Source: a phage. From it: a DNA stretch of 64,000 nt. The notes below the pieces were generated by a model, which saw only the letters and a program-made list of their open reading frames with translations, was not told the DNA's origin and searched no databases. Position 1 is the first letter of the stretch. Every line of letters begins with the position of its first letter. Position numbers and translations under genes: made by a program. Shown in pieces: positions 22,001 to 29,923 of the stretch. The DNA lies in NCBI GenBank assembly GCA_026209155.1, contig GCA_026209155.1_3056.1. One strand, given 5' to 3'.

Positions 22001-22299
22001 AGGTAAATAAACTCAAAGTTAAAACCTATGATAAAGTTAAATCTCTTTCTGACCGCGAAGTTATCGGCCATGAGATTGGTATTATCGCACAGGATTTGCA
22101 AGAAGTATTACCGGAAGCTGTTAGCACCTCTAGTGTCGGATCTCAGGATAACCCAGAAGAAATTTTAACAATTTCAAACTCTGCTGTGAACGCGCTTTTA
22201 ATTAAGGCCATTCAGGAAATGAGCGAAGAAATTAAAGAATTGAAAACGCCTCTCTTTACTAAAATTGCTCGCAAAATTAGTAAATATTTTAAATTCTAA
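19048..22299 (+). CDS. 37: Long tail fibre distal subunit gp37 with C-terminal intramolecular-chaperone-like domain
   Basis: 1083 aa; N-terminus conserved with fibre proteins; C-terminal about 117 aa after the SDRRLK motif. Confidence 0.9.
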   Translation: MATLKQIQFKRSKTAGARPAASVLAEGELAINLKDRVLFTKDDQGNIIDLGFAKGGSIDGNVIHKGNYNQTGDYTLNGTFTQTGNFNLTGIARVTRDIIAAGQIMTEGGELITKSSGTAHVRFHDSADRERGIIFSPANDGLTTQVINIRVQDYKAGSESTFAFNGNGLFSSPEVFGWKSVSTPVIYTNKVITNKKVKDDYDIYSMADNVPLSESTTAINHLRVMRNAVGSGIFHEVKDNDGITWYSGDGLDAYLWSFTWSGGIKSSHSISIGLTPGPKDYSILGPSSIALGDNDTGFKWHQDGYYFSVNNGTKTFLFSPSETTSLRKFIAGYSTNGTDLTTPPTENYALATVVTYHDNNAFGDGQTLLGYYQGGNYHHYFRGKGTTNINTHGGLLVTPGNIDVIGGSVNIDGRNNNSTLMFKGYTMGQSSVDNMYIAVWGNTFTNPSEGTRKNVMEISDDIGWMHYIQRNKDNTVEAVLNGQQTINENIIAKKDIWVDRAVHTIGEITTNAVNGLRIWNNDYGAIFRRSEGSLHIIPTAYGEGKNGDIGPLRPFSIALDTGKVTIPDLQSSYNTFAANGYIKFTGHGAGAGGYDIQYVQAAPIFQEIDDDAVNKYYPIVKQKYLQGKAVWSLGTEINSGTFVIHHIKEDGTQGHTSRFNADGTVNFPDNVLVGGDINMKGLLTFDAGRLGSRDYFKFNHWGDSNNARDNIIQLEDSQGAHFFTERTLATGAIKTRFFGETFTDGTLYLNQMNNSSEQFHINNWGNSEVGRAAVMEVGDSKGYHFYTERRTDNSLTFDVAGNFTVHGSGGITIKNSAGARHIWFRDDSDAEKAVIWATDDGILHIRNNYGGSFSHHFRGAMILAGERVPYNSEYALIRGNISGGAWVDWRDRPAGLLVDCQDSRNQAYNIWKATHWGEQHLAAMGVHAGGGNPHVALHVGGSDYAFAVNGDFTAGAAVYCNDVYIRSDRRLKINVEDYEENAVDKVNKLKVKTYDKVKSLSDREVIGHEIGIIAQDLQEVLPEAVSTSSVGSQDNPEEILTISNSAVNALLIKAIQEMSEEIKELKTPLFTKIARKISKYFKF

Positions 22300-22335
22300 C
22301 AACAAGGGGGAAATGCCCCCTTTGGAGTATAAATT

Positions 22336-23118
22336 ATGGCAGTAGTTGGAGTTCCTGGCTGGATTGGAAGTTCAGCCGTAAATGAAACGGGTCAGCGCTG
22401 GATGAGTCAAGCAGCTGGTCAATTAAGATTGGGTGTTCCTTGCTGGATGAGTCAATTTGCAGGTCGCTCAAGAGAAATAATTCACACGCTTGGAGCAGAC
22501 CATAACTTCAATGGCCAATGGTTCCGAGATAGATGTTTTGAGGCAGGTAGTACACCTATAGTGTTTAATATCACTGGAGATTTAGTATCATATTCTAAAG
22601 ATGTTCCTTTATTCTTCATGTACGGAGATACACCGAATGAATATGTTCAACTGAATATACATGGTGTAACGATTTTTGGCCGTGGCGGGAATGGCGGTAG
22701 CAATAGTCCTGGCTCAGCTGGGGGTCATTGTATTCAAAATGATATTGGTGGGAGACTAAGAATTAATAATGGTGGAGCTATTGCAGGCGGCGGTGGCGGC
22801 GGTGGAGGCGGATATTATTCTCCTTTTTCACAAATGAGATTGACCTTTGGCGGCGGCGGTGGGCGTCCGTTTGGTGCACCTGGCGGATCTATTGATATGC
22901 AATCAGGCGCGACTGGCGGTACTATTTCTGCACCTGGCTCAGGATCCGTGAATGGTATTTATAATGGTGGAAACGGTGGTGAAGTAGGTTCCGCGGGAGG
23001 TAGATGCAATATTCGCGGTCAAGGATCTGAATATAATGGCGGCGATGCTGGTTATGCTGTTATAGGGTCTGCTCCAACGTGGATAAATGTTGGAGCAATA
23101 TATGGTCCAAGAGTATAA
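22336..23118 (+). CDS. 38: Receptor-recognising adhesin gp38, long Gly-rich-motif type
   Basis: 260 aa with several poly-Gly motifs ([29 protein letters not shown]) between variable segments; immediately after gene 37. Confidence 0.85.
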   Translation: MAVVGVPGWIGSSAVNETGQRWMSQAAGQLRLGVPCWMSQFAGRSREIIHTLGADHNFNGQWFRDRCFEAGSTPIVFNITGDLVSYSKDVPLFFMYGDTPNEYVQLNIHGVTIFGRGGNGGSNSPGSAGGHCIQNDIGGRLRINNGGAIAGGGGGGGGGYYSPFSQMRLTFGGGGGRPFGAPGGSIDMQSGATGGTISAPGSGSVNGIYNGGNGGEVGSAGGRCNIRGQGSEYNGGDAGYAVIGSAPTWINVGAIYGPRV

Positions 23119-23148
23119 TTTGAATAAATATCCTTAAAAGGAGGGTCT

Positions 23149-23805
23149 ATGGCAGCACCTAGAATATCATTTTCGCCCTCTGATATTCTGTTGGGTGTTC
23201 TAGATCGCTTGTTCAAAGATAACGCTACCGGGAAAGTTCTTGCTTCCCGGGTAGCTGTCGTAATTCTTTTATTTATGATGGCGATTGTTTGGTATAGGGG
23301 AGATAGTTTCTTTGAGTACTATAAGCAATCAAAGTATGAAACATACAGTGAAATTATTGAAAAGGAAAGAAATGCACGCTTTGAATCTGTCGCCCTGGAA
23401 CAACTCCAGATAGTTCACATATCATCTGAGGCAGACTTTAGTGCGGTGTATTCTTTCCGCCCTAAAAACTTAAACTATTTTGTCGATATTATAGCATATG
23501 AAGGAAAATTACCTTCAACAATAAGTGAAAAATCACTTGGAGGATATCCTGTTGATAAAACTATGGATGAATATGCAGTTCATTTAAATGGACGTCATTA
23601 TTATTCCAACTCAAAATTTGCTTTTTTACCAACTAAAAAGCCTACTCCCGAAATAAACTACATGTACAGTTGTCCATATTTTAATTTGGATAATATCTAT
23701 GCTGGAACGATAACCATGTACTGGTATAGAAATGATCATATAAGTAATGACCGCCTTGAATCAATATGTTCTCAGGCGGCCAGAATATTAGGAAGGGCTA
23801 AATAA
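23149..23805 (+). CDS. t: Holin T
   Basis: 218 aa as in T4; single N-terminal TM segment and large periplasmic domain. Confidence 0.9.
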   Translation: MAAPRISFSPSDILLGVLDRLFKDNATGKVLASRVAVVILLFMMAIVWYRGDSFFEYYKQSKYETYSEIIEKERNARFESVALEQLQIVHISSEADFSAVYSFRPKNLNYFVDIIAYEGKLPSTISEKSLGGYPVDKTMDEYAVHLNGRHYYSNSKFAFLPTKKPTPEINYMYSCPYFNLDNIYAGTITMYWYRNDHISNDRLESICSQAARILGRAK

Positions 23806-24078
23806 TTATTTGTTCGTATACATCTCTAGATATCGATATACACCCTCAAAACCCTCGTTGAATTCGTCGATGAGGGTTTTCTTATCTTCTTGAGTTAATT
23901 CAGAAACAATTTTACGGAATGAATTCTGATTTAATTTTCTACCTTCATGCGTTACTCCAATCTCATTCAGAAATGCAATAAAATTAGCACGATTTTCAAC
24001 AATATCTTCTCTGGAAAATTTAATTAAAATAGACGCAACAGTAATAATTTCACGAACTGTATCAATATTTTTATTCAT
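23806..24078 (-). CDS. asiA: Anti-sigma-70 factor AsiA
   Basis: 90 aa; sequence MNKNIDTVREIITVASILIKFSREDIVENRANF recognised as AsiA. Confidence 0.9.
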   Translation of the reverse strand: MNKNIDTVREIITVASILIKFSREDIVENRANFIAFLNEIGVTHEGRKLNQNSFRKIVSELTQEDKKTLIDEFNEGFEGVYRYLEMYTNK

Positions 24079-24090
24079 TAACTATACCAC

Positions 24091-24243
24091 TCAATTAGTT
24101 GACTTTGTTATAATATCATCAGACGCTTGATTTGTAAACTGGTCTGTGTTATTTTCTTCAAAAATTTTTTCTACGAATTCCTTGAACGACTCGCGTTCCT
24201 GAGCTACATTATGCTCGATTACCTTTTCAAGATTATGACTCAT
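24091..24243 (-). CDS. Small acidic hypothetical protein (50 aa), not in ORF track
   Basis: ATG overlaps arn stop (ATGA); hand-translated MSHNLEKVIEHNVAQERESF... Confidence 0.35.
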   Translation of the reverse strand: MSHNLEKVIEHNVAQERESFKEFVEKIFEENNTDQFTNQASDDIITKSTN

Positions 24244-24518
24244 TCGAAATAATCTTCAATTTCGTAATCATGGACATAAATCATTATAGTTTCTAATACA
24301 TCATCAATACTTTTTCCTGGAGCTGGAATTACGTAAAAATATCCTGCTTTTGAGAGGTCTTTATAAGTTCCAATCAAGAAATCATTATTCTCAAGATGTA
24401 ACTCTTCAACTAATTCATTGACAATTGAATGGTATAGGTTTGGTAGAAACTTATATAGCTTTTCTAGAATATCAATTTTGATTGTGTATTGAACCACGGA
24501 CTGAGAATCAATAATCAT
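24240..24518 (-). CDS. arn: Anti-restriction nuclease Arn (McrBC inhibitor)
   Basis: 92 aa, acidic; length and position next to asiA as in T4. Confidence 0.8.
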   Translation of the reverse strand: MIIDSQSVVQYTIKIDILEKLYKFLPNLYHSIVNELVEELHLENNDFLIGTYKDLSKAGYFYVIPAPGKSIDDVLETIMIYVHDYEIEDYFE

Positions 24519-24601
24519 AGACCTTCCCCTTATGTTTCTGTTTGCGATTAGATTCTTTAAACGCTTTCTTCTTATCCTTATGGACAGAAGCTTTATTAAA
24601 A

Positions 24602-24820
24602 TTATGTTTTGCGACTAAATTGTTCATAGTGCTGAATTACCTCTCTTAGACATTTGCATGTGAATGAAAACTTTTTAGCTACACCACATTCAAATATATG
24701 TTCTCTTAAATCATGCGTGTCAGTATATCCCATCTCAACAATAAAATGTCTTATTAGATTTTTATCTTTATCATTGAGAGAATTAAAATAATCGGATTTT
24801 GAATTAATTTCCCTGGCCAA
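24602..24820 (-). CDS. Hypothetical protein with Cys cluster (FECGVAKKFSFTCKC)
   Basis: 72-aa ORF (arn.x-like). Confidence 0.5.
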   Translation of the reverse strand: MAREINSKSDYFNSLNDKDKNLIRHFIVEMGYTDTHDLREHIFECGVAKKFSFTCKCLREVIQHYEQFSRKT

Positions 24821-25100
24821 ATTGAATCACCTTCAGTTGACGTTTTAGTTCTTTTATCATTTCTTCGTTCATCGCAATATAAAGATCGCGTAAAGCAGGT
24901 TTTAACATTCCATTTACTGGAGAACTAAATGGACATACATAATCTTTTCCTACGAGCTTTTTGGTGAATTCCATATCACAGAACTGAAATGCCGGTTCAT
25001 TGGAATAAATTCCCCAATTAGTTGACATCATTTTATTGGCATATTCCAATGCTTGGATTTGATTAGTAATTCCATCAATTTGAAACTTTTTAATATTCAT
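24804..25100 (-). CDS. Hypothetical protein
   Basis: 98-aa ORF (arn.x-like). Confidence 0.5.
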   Translation of the reverse strand: MNIKKFQIDGITNQIQALEYANKMMSTNWGIYSNEPAFQFCDMEFTKKLVGKDYVCPFSSPVNGMLKPALRDLYIAMNEEMIKELKRQLKVIQFGQGN

Positions 25101-25561
25101 TAGTAAAGGTCCTCAGAGTAAAGTTCTTTTTCACTACCACCGCGTTCAATACGTACTTGTCCAGCGTAAGTTGCAATAATCATTGCTTCTTCACGTGTCC
25201 AATAATTACTATATTGGTCAATAAACCCTTGGTCATCATCACAAACTTGCTGAGTAACTAATTGGGGTTTAACTACATCTAAAACTTCTGCCATATCTTT
25301 AGAATAATGACGAGCACCCGGAATAATAAGAGTTCGTCCATCTTTTAATTTAAAACGGTTGGCTGCGCAAACAATTCGTCGTTGATACTTTTGGTTTTCA
25401 TCCCAGTATGCAGACTGCCAGCAAATTTCAGGAACTTCTTTCAGAATATCTTCTTCTGTGCATTTATAACCATGTGCTTTAAATTTTTGAACAAGACTTT
25501 CTGGAGTCTCACGAGATAAAGGAACATTCAACATTTTTAAACGATTAATAAATGGGTTCAT
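25100..25561 (-). CDS. Hypothetical protein
   Basis: 153-aa ORF, start/stop overlap with neighbours. Confidence 0.55.
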   Translation of the reverse strand: MNPFINRLKMLNVPLSRETPESLVQKFKAHGYKCTEEDILKEVPEICWQSAYWDENQKYQRRIVCAANRFKLKDGRTLIIPGARHYSKDMAEVLDVVKPQLVTQQVCDDDQGFIDQYSNYWTREEAMIIATYAGQVRIERGGSEKELYSEDLY

Positions 25562-25887
25562 TTAAACCATCCTTTAATACGCTGCCACAAAGTTTTCTGT
25601 TGAGCTTTGTTAACACCAATTGAACGAATAACCGGTTGAGATTCCTGGAATTCTTTATAATCAGCAAGGTAAATTTCGTAAGCTGAATCCGTAAAGGAAC
25701 TTATCGCTGCCATGAAATTATTGCGAATACCTACTGGAGCATCTTTACTTTCACGAATAATCATGTATTTGCCAGTCTTAATCTTTACAATAGTTCCAAG
25801 ATAAGCCCCATGGTACCAAATGTCCCATCCCTCTTGAGTAGGTTCTGCGCAACGACGAAGTTCATTGACAATTTCTAACTTGTTCAT
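25558..25887 (-). CDS. Hypothetical protein (motA.1-like)
   Basis: 109-aa ORF directly downstream of motA. Confidence 0.5.
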   Translation of the reverse strand: MNKLEIVNELRRCAEPTQEGWDIWYHGAYLGTIVKIKTGKYMIIRESKDAPVGIRNNFMAAISSFTDSAYEIYLADYKEFQESQPVIRSIGVNKAQQKTLWQRIKGWFK

Positions 25888-25897
25888 TATTTATTCC

Positions 25898-26533
25898 TCA
25901 CAGTTCAGATGCTACGGTGATTACAGCTTCAATGTTTTCTGCTGAGCGTTTAATGTCAAGATACACATTACCGTTTTTAGCGATTTTACATGACATTCCG
26001 ATATCAATAAATTTCTGAATATGATGTTCCATCATTTTGTATCCAAAAATTCGCATATTTCCATTATTGTTAATTTCAAAATTGCGAATTCCGTGAGTGC
26101 GTTTTTCTAAAATGGCAAGATAATTACTACGATAAGTTTCAACCTTTTTAAGAACAAATCCATTTTCATCTAAAAGTTTTAGCATGTGGTCTTTATCTTC
26201 TTCCATATCGGAAGTAATCTCACGAGCTTTACGAGTTGCTCGTTTTTTCAGTAGTTCCGGAGCATTTTCTTGCGCGTATAAAGTTGCTGCATTTGAAATA
26301 ATATCCTGAGCTTCACCAGTAATGATTAATCCATCACCAGATTTCTCCACCAGGCCTTTTTTAATCAATACCCCAATATTACTATTAACTACTGCGTTAC
26401 CTAAATCTGGATGCACCTCACGAACTTCTGCAGCTGTAATGAAATCTTTCTTAGCAATAGTAATTAAAATCGCAGCAGTTTTTTCATTCAGAACATCGTT
26501 AGAAGCTTTGATGATGTAAGTTACTTTAGACAT
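25898..26533 (-). CDS. motA: Middle-transcription activator MotA
   Basis: 211 aa as in T4 MotA; N-terminus MSKVTYIIKASNDVLNEKTAAILITIAKKDFITAAEVREVHPDLGN. Confidence 0.9.
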   Translation of the reverse strand: MSKVTYIIKASNDVLNEKTAAILITIAKKDFITAAEVREVHPDLGNAVVNSNIGVLIKKGLVEKSGDGLIITGEAQDIISNAATLYAQENAPELLKKRATRKAREITSDMEEDKDHMLKLLDENGFVLKKVETYRSNYLAILEKRTHGIRNFEINNNGNMRIFGYKMMEHHIQKFIDIGMSCKIAKNGNVYLDIKRSAENIEAVITVASEL

Positions 26534-26559
26534 TTTCTAATCTCCGTAATTCTGTATCA

Positions 26560-26605
26560 GTAGTTGATAGTTGTATAGTACCACAGTATGCTTTGGTTGT
26601 AAACC
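26560..26605 (-). promoter_or_regulatory. T4-type early promoter for motA
   Basis: Minus-strand GGTTTAC-17 nt-TACTATAC, conserved leader, Shine-Dalgarno GGAG then motA ATG. Confidence 0.55.
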
Positions 26606-26623
26606 GTTTTGTGAAAAAATTTT

Positions 26624-26655
26624 TGAAATAAAAAAGGGAGAGCCTCGGCTCTCCC
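26624..26655 (-). terminator. Rho-independent terminator downstream of gene 52 / small ORF
   Basis: Minus-strand GGGAGAGCC-GAG-GCUCUCCC followed by UUUUUUAUUU. Confidence 0.65.
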
Positions 26656-26660
26656 TAAAA

Positions 26661-26810
26661 TTACTGCATGACTGTGATAACTGTCATGATAACACGTTGA
26701 ATTCCGAACGCAAGAAGACCTCCTGCTACGGCTGGAACAACGCCTAAACCCGCTAGTAAAATGCCGCCAGATACTAATGCTGCGCTTGTAATACCTATAA
26801 ATGGACTCAT
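26661..26810 (-). CDS. Small hydrophobic Gly-rich membrane peptide (49 aa), not in ORF track
   Basis: ATG overlaps gene 52 stop (ATGA); hand-translated MSPFIGITSAALVSGGILLAGLGVVPAVAGGLLAFGIQRVIMTVITVMQ. Confidence 0.45.
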   Translation of the reverse strand: MSPFIGITSAALVSGGILLAGLGVVPAVAGGLLAFGIQRVIMTVITVMQ

Positions 26811-28135
26811 TTGATTTCCTCTAAATCTTTGGTGTATTCAGTAACTACATCAGTAGTTTTCCAATATTCGTTTTCTTCTTTTTTAGCTTTAGCTTCTTCA
26901 GCAAGTTTCTTTGCTTCATCGGAAGTCATATGAAAAATATTCATTCCAACTAGTTTATCAACATAAGAAGAATACATCTCAATTTTAGAAAGTTCTTCGG
27001 TCAGTTCTTTGCGAGTTTTACCCTGTACAACGATTTCACCTGAAATTACTTTCTTAATGAAATGTGCCTTGGCAAAGGCTAAACGAAATGCTGATTCAGT
27101 TTCTTTGATTTTGTTATCAATTCGTTTTTGGACATAAGTTTTACGAACTTCAACAAAGTCTTTAATTAAATCAACTACGTTATCGTAAACTTGCAGCTTT
27201 CCTTTCTCATTAATGACTGTAATATTCTGAGAACGACGCTCAATCAACCCGAAGTCTTTCATAATTTTTGCATGGCGTTCTTCTTCGTTATCGCTCAAGG
27301 AATATTCTTTGCGGAATTTAACTTTAAAGCCAAAGCCATGCTCACCGCAAGCATCATCCCATGTAATGAAGCCTTTATCTTCAAGCGGATCTAAGATTTT
27401 ACTCACGTAAGTTTCACGATCATACTTATACGGAATCTCAGTGATATTCATTTGAGTTCGTGAAGTAAACTTGTACGTTCCACGAATTTCATATTGACCG
27501 TCAATTTCAACGACTTCACCACGAAATTCTGGGAATTCTACCTTCGGTTTAGTTACTTTCTTTCCTTGAAGAGCTTGTAGTACAGCTTTCTTGACAGAAG
27601 AAACACTATGAGGAAGAATGTAAGTTGCATAACCAGTTGCAATACCGGAAACACCATTAAGAAGAACAGTAGGAATAATAGGCAAATAGAAAGCAGGAGG
27701 AATGTGTTCTTTATCTTGATGTACCGGAGCATATTCAGTATCTTTATATACGTTATAGAAATTTTTACTTACACGAGCAAAAATATAACGGCTTGCCGCT
27801 GCTTTTTGAACGGTACGAGAACCAAAGTTTCCTTGACCATCTAACAAAGGAAAGTTATTATTCCAAGTATTAGCCATCAAAGCCCCCGCATCTTGTGCAG
27901 AGTTTTCGCCATGATGATATCCAAGGTCAGCTACACCACCTGCAATAGAAGCGAGTTTGTGAAACTTATCTTTATTTCCCCGTGCCAAATCAAGAGCTCG
28001 AGCGATAACAAATCGTTGAACTGGCTTAAATCCATCAATCATATTTGGAATAGCACGGTTTTCAACCGTGTACATAGCATAAGCCAATGCTTCATTATCA
28101 ATGATACTTTTTAAATCGCGATTATTCAGTTGCAT
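26807..28135 (-). CDS. 52: DNA topoisomerase II medium subunit gp52 (GyrA-like)
   Basis: 442 aa as in T4 gp52; GyrA-like N-terminus. Confidence 0.93.
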   Translation of the reverse strand: MQLNNRDLKSIIDNEALAYAMYTVENRAIPNMIDGFKPVQRFVIARALDLARGNKDKFHKLASIAGGVADLGYHHGENSAQDAGALMANTWNNNFPLLDGQGNFGSRTVQKAAASRYIFARVSKNFYNVYKDTEYAPVHQDKEHIPPAFYLPIIPTVLLNGVSGIATGYATYILPHSVSSVKKAVLQALQGKKVTKPKVEFPEFRGEVVEIDGQYEIRGTYKFTSRTQMNITEIPYKYDRETYVSKILDPLEDKGFITWDDACGEHGFGFKVKFRKEYSLSDNEEERHAKIMKDFGLIERRSQNITVINEKGKLQVYDNVVDLIKDFVEVRKTYVQKRIDNKIKETESAFRLAFAKAHFIKKVISGEIVVQGKTRKELTEELSKIEMYSSYVDKLVGMNIFHMTSDEAKKLAEEAKAKKEENEYWKTTDVVTEYTKDLEEIK

Positions 28136-28139
28136 AAAT

Positions 28140-28280
28140 TTACCATACTAGTGAATGTAGTGCCATAATAACATCAGAAATGAAAAGCACGACTTGAATT
28201 AATCCGAACATTACTCCATAATATAGTGCTACCAATAAAGCAGCAAGGGCTAATGAATAGCCCAAGATTTTCTTAATCAT
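28140..28280 (-). CDS. Small hydrophobic membrane peptide (46 aa), not in ORF track
   Basis: Hand-translated MIKKILGYSLALAALLVALYYGVMFGLIQVVLFISDVIMALHSLVW; between ac and 52. Confidence 0.4.
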   Translation of the reverse strand: MIKKILGYSLALAALLVALYYGVMFGLIQVVLFISDVIMALHSLVW

Positions 28281-28428
28281 TAGATAACAACGCAAATGTT
28301 AAATATGCACACATACCCTGAGCTAAAGCTTGCGAAAACACGCTGCTGACATCAATACAGATAGTTAAAACACATGCTACTATCCAACAAATAAATGAAA
28401 TAACTCCTAATAATTTTGCGATATTCAT
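28273..28428 (-). CDS. ac: Small membrane protein, 51 aa, probable Ac (acridine sensitivity)
   Basis: Hand-translated MNIAKLLGVISFICWIVACVLTICIDVSSVFSQALAQGMCAYLTFALLSND; 51 aa equals T4 Ac length; between stp and 52. Confidence 0.5.
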   Translation of the reverse strand: MNIAKLLGVISFICWIVACVLTICIDVSSVFSQALAQGMCAYLTFALLSND

Positions 28429-28435
28429 ATTTTCC

Positions 28436-28516
28436 TCACTGGCGTCCGAAGACGCCTTTAGTTTTAAGATTGTTACGATAGAACTGCATCACATGTTCAT
28501 TATGGAAATTACTCAT
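28436..28516 (-). CDS. stp: Stp peptide (26 aa), not in ORF track
   Basis: Hand-translated [26 protein letters not shown]; ATG overlaps ndd stop (TAATG); 3' end contains a CUUCGG hairpin. Confidence 0.8.
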
Positions 28517-28971
28517 TAATATGCCTGCAAAACAAATTTAAAGTTATCAGCCAACATACGGTTCATTTCTTCAAGTGTTTGATACTCAGAATGATGATTA
28601 CGAGTAAACGCTAAAGCTAACTGACCCTTTCCAAATCCCGTCGTCAGAGGTTTCATCTTAGAAGCAGGCAAATAAAATACCGTGTATGGAACATTGTTAT
28701 TTGCAATAGTACGCGCAAGCTGAGACCGACGCTGGCGAATATGACTTAGAACTGCACTGAATCCTTGTTTAGAACGCTGATTACCTACATAAAATCGTGC
28801 AGATACACACGGACTATCAAATGGACCACCAAATTTACTCACTAAAAAGTAAAATCCAGGGTTAGACAAAATGTCTTTATGCGGAGTTCCAAAAACCCAT
28901 TCACCGCCCTTGATTGTACCAATAACAGTTGCGCCTGCATTATTCAAATCAGTAACAGTCATATATTTCAT
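28516..28971 (-). CDS. ndd: Nucleoid disruption protein Ndd
   Basis: 151 aa as in T4 Ndd; position between denB and stp. Confidence 0.88.
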
Positions 28972-29030
28972 GTTAATTTCCTCTAATTATTTTCTACTCC
29001 AAGGCCGCATGAATACATACGGCCGATAAA

Positions 29031-29246
29031 TTAATCGTCGCAGTCGACGCTCAATTCCCAGAACTCTTCTACAGTATAAGTTTCAGTATCATTTTCAATA
29101 CAGAAACGTTCATTACTGTTATTTGCTAAAGTAGCGTTAACTGTCATTTTCTCGCTAGTGCTTTTAAGAGGTGAAATACGAATTAACTGATCACCATTAT
29201 CTAAACAGAAAATTTCACCAACTTTTACATCTTTAAAAATTTTCAT
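29031..29246 (-). CDS. Hypothetical small acidic protein (ndd.x-like)
   Basis: 71-aa ORF. Confidence 0.5.
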   Translation of the reverse strand: MKIFKDVKVGEIFCLDNGDQLIRISPLKSTSEKMTVNATLANNSNERFCIENDTETYTVEEFWELSVDCDD

Positions 29247-29361
29247 AATTCACCTCAAGGAGTATAAAATCCAAATGCAGTTGTTGACCATCCCATCCAA
29301 TATGGGAAATTTGCGCCAATGTAAAACATGAGAATATAAAACCAACCGCTCAGCAAATTCA

Positions 29362-29580
29362 TCATTTTACACCATTCCAAATTGTTTCAACCACAGATTT
29401 CAAACCATTTTGGTGAATATCCATTCCGACAACTGCCATCAAATAGATTCCAACCACAACTGAACCCAAGGAGAAAATCAGCATGAAAATGAATAAAGCT
29501 GGAAAAATATTATCGAAAAACCATTCAATAAATGTAAAAGCACTGCGTTTACGCTTCATATTTTCCTCACATAAATCCAA
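29362..29580 (-). CDS. Hypothetical small membrane protein
   Basis: 72-aa ORF with hydrophobic core ALFIFMLIFSLGSVVVGIYLMAVVG. Confidence 0.5.
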   Translation of the reverse strand: MDLCEENMKRKRSAFTFIEWFFDNIFPALFIFMLIFSLGSVVVGIYLMAVVGMDIHQNGLKSVVETIWNGVK

Positions 29581-29680
29581 AGTAAGCGTTTAATACATCA
29601 ATCATTAAAACGATTGGGAATATACTCAAAACTACTAGTATTATAACTACATTCCATATAGCTTTAACAATCTTTTTCAT
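29567..29680 (-). CDS. Small membrane peptide (37 aa); track ORF 29567..29815 trimmed to the internal Met after the promoter
   Basis: MKKIVKAIWNVVIILVVLSIFPIVLMIDVLNAYFGFM; upstream part of track ORF is read-through of promoter DNA. Confidence 0.45.
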   Translation of the reverse strand: MKKIVKAIWNVVIILVVLSIFPIVLMIDVLNAYFGFM

Positions 29681-29923
29681 TTTCTGTTCCTCCGTAGTTG
29701 ATAGGGTAATAATACCACAGAGGAACAGTCTTGTAAACAACTTTTTTAAAAATATTCGTAATAAATGTGAATGCCAATCACTACTGCCGAAACTTGCGCA
29801 ACCCACCATGCACAAGCAATAAGTACAGAATTCAAAATTTTCATAATAACCTCATCACAAAAGTAAATGTTAAACAAATTAATGGAATACTAATTAACCA
29901 AATAAAACACCACCATAATGAAC

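Noticed and set aside
22326-22333. TATAAATT just upstream of gene 38 as a late promoter
   Set aside because: Not an exact TATAAATA and only about 3 nt from the ATG, too close to leave a leader and Shine-Dalgarno; gene 38 is more likely co-transcribed with 36-37. The preceding GGGGG-AAAUG-CCCCC hairpin (22305..22320) may only attenuate.
22780-22870. GGC/GGT tracts in gene 38 as a microsatellite or CRISPR-like repeat
   Set aside because: They encode the poly-Gly motifs of the adhesin and sit in frame inside a coding region; there is no repeat-spacer architecture.
23125-23140. AATAAATA upstream of holin t as a late promoter
   Set aside because: Lacks the first T of the TATAAATA consensus; support too weak to annotate.
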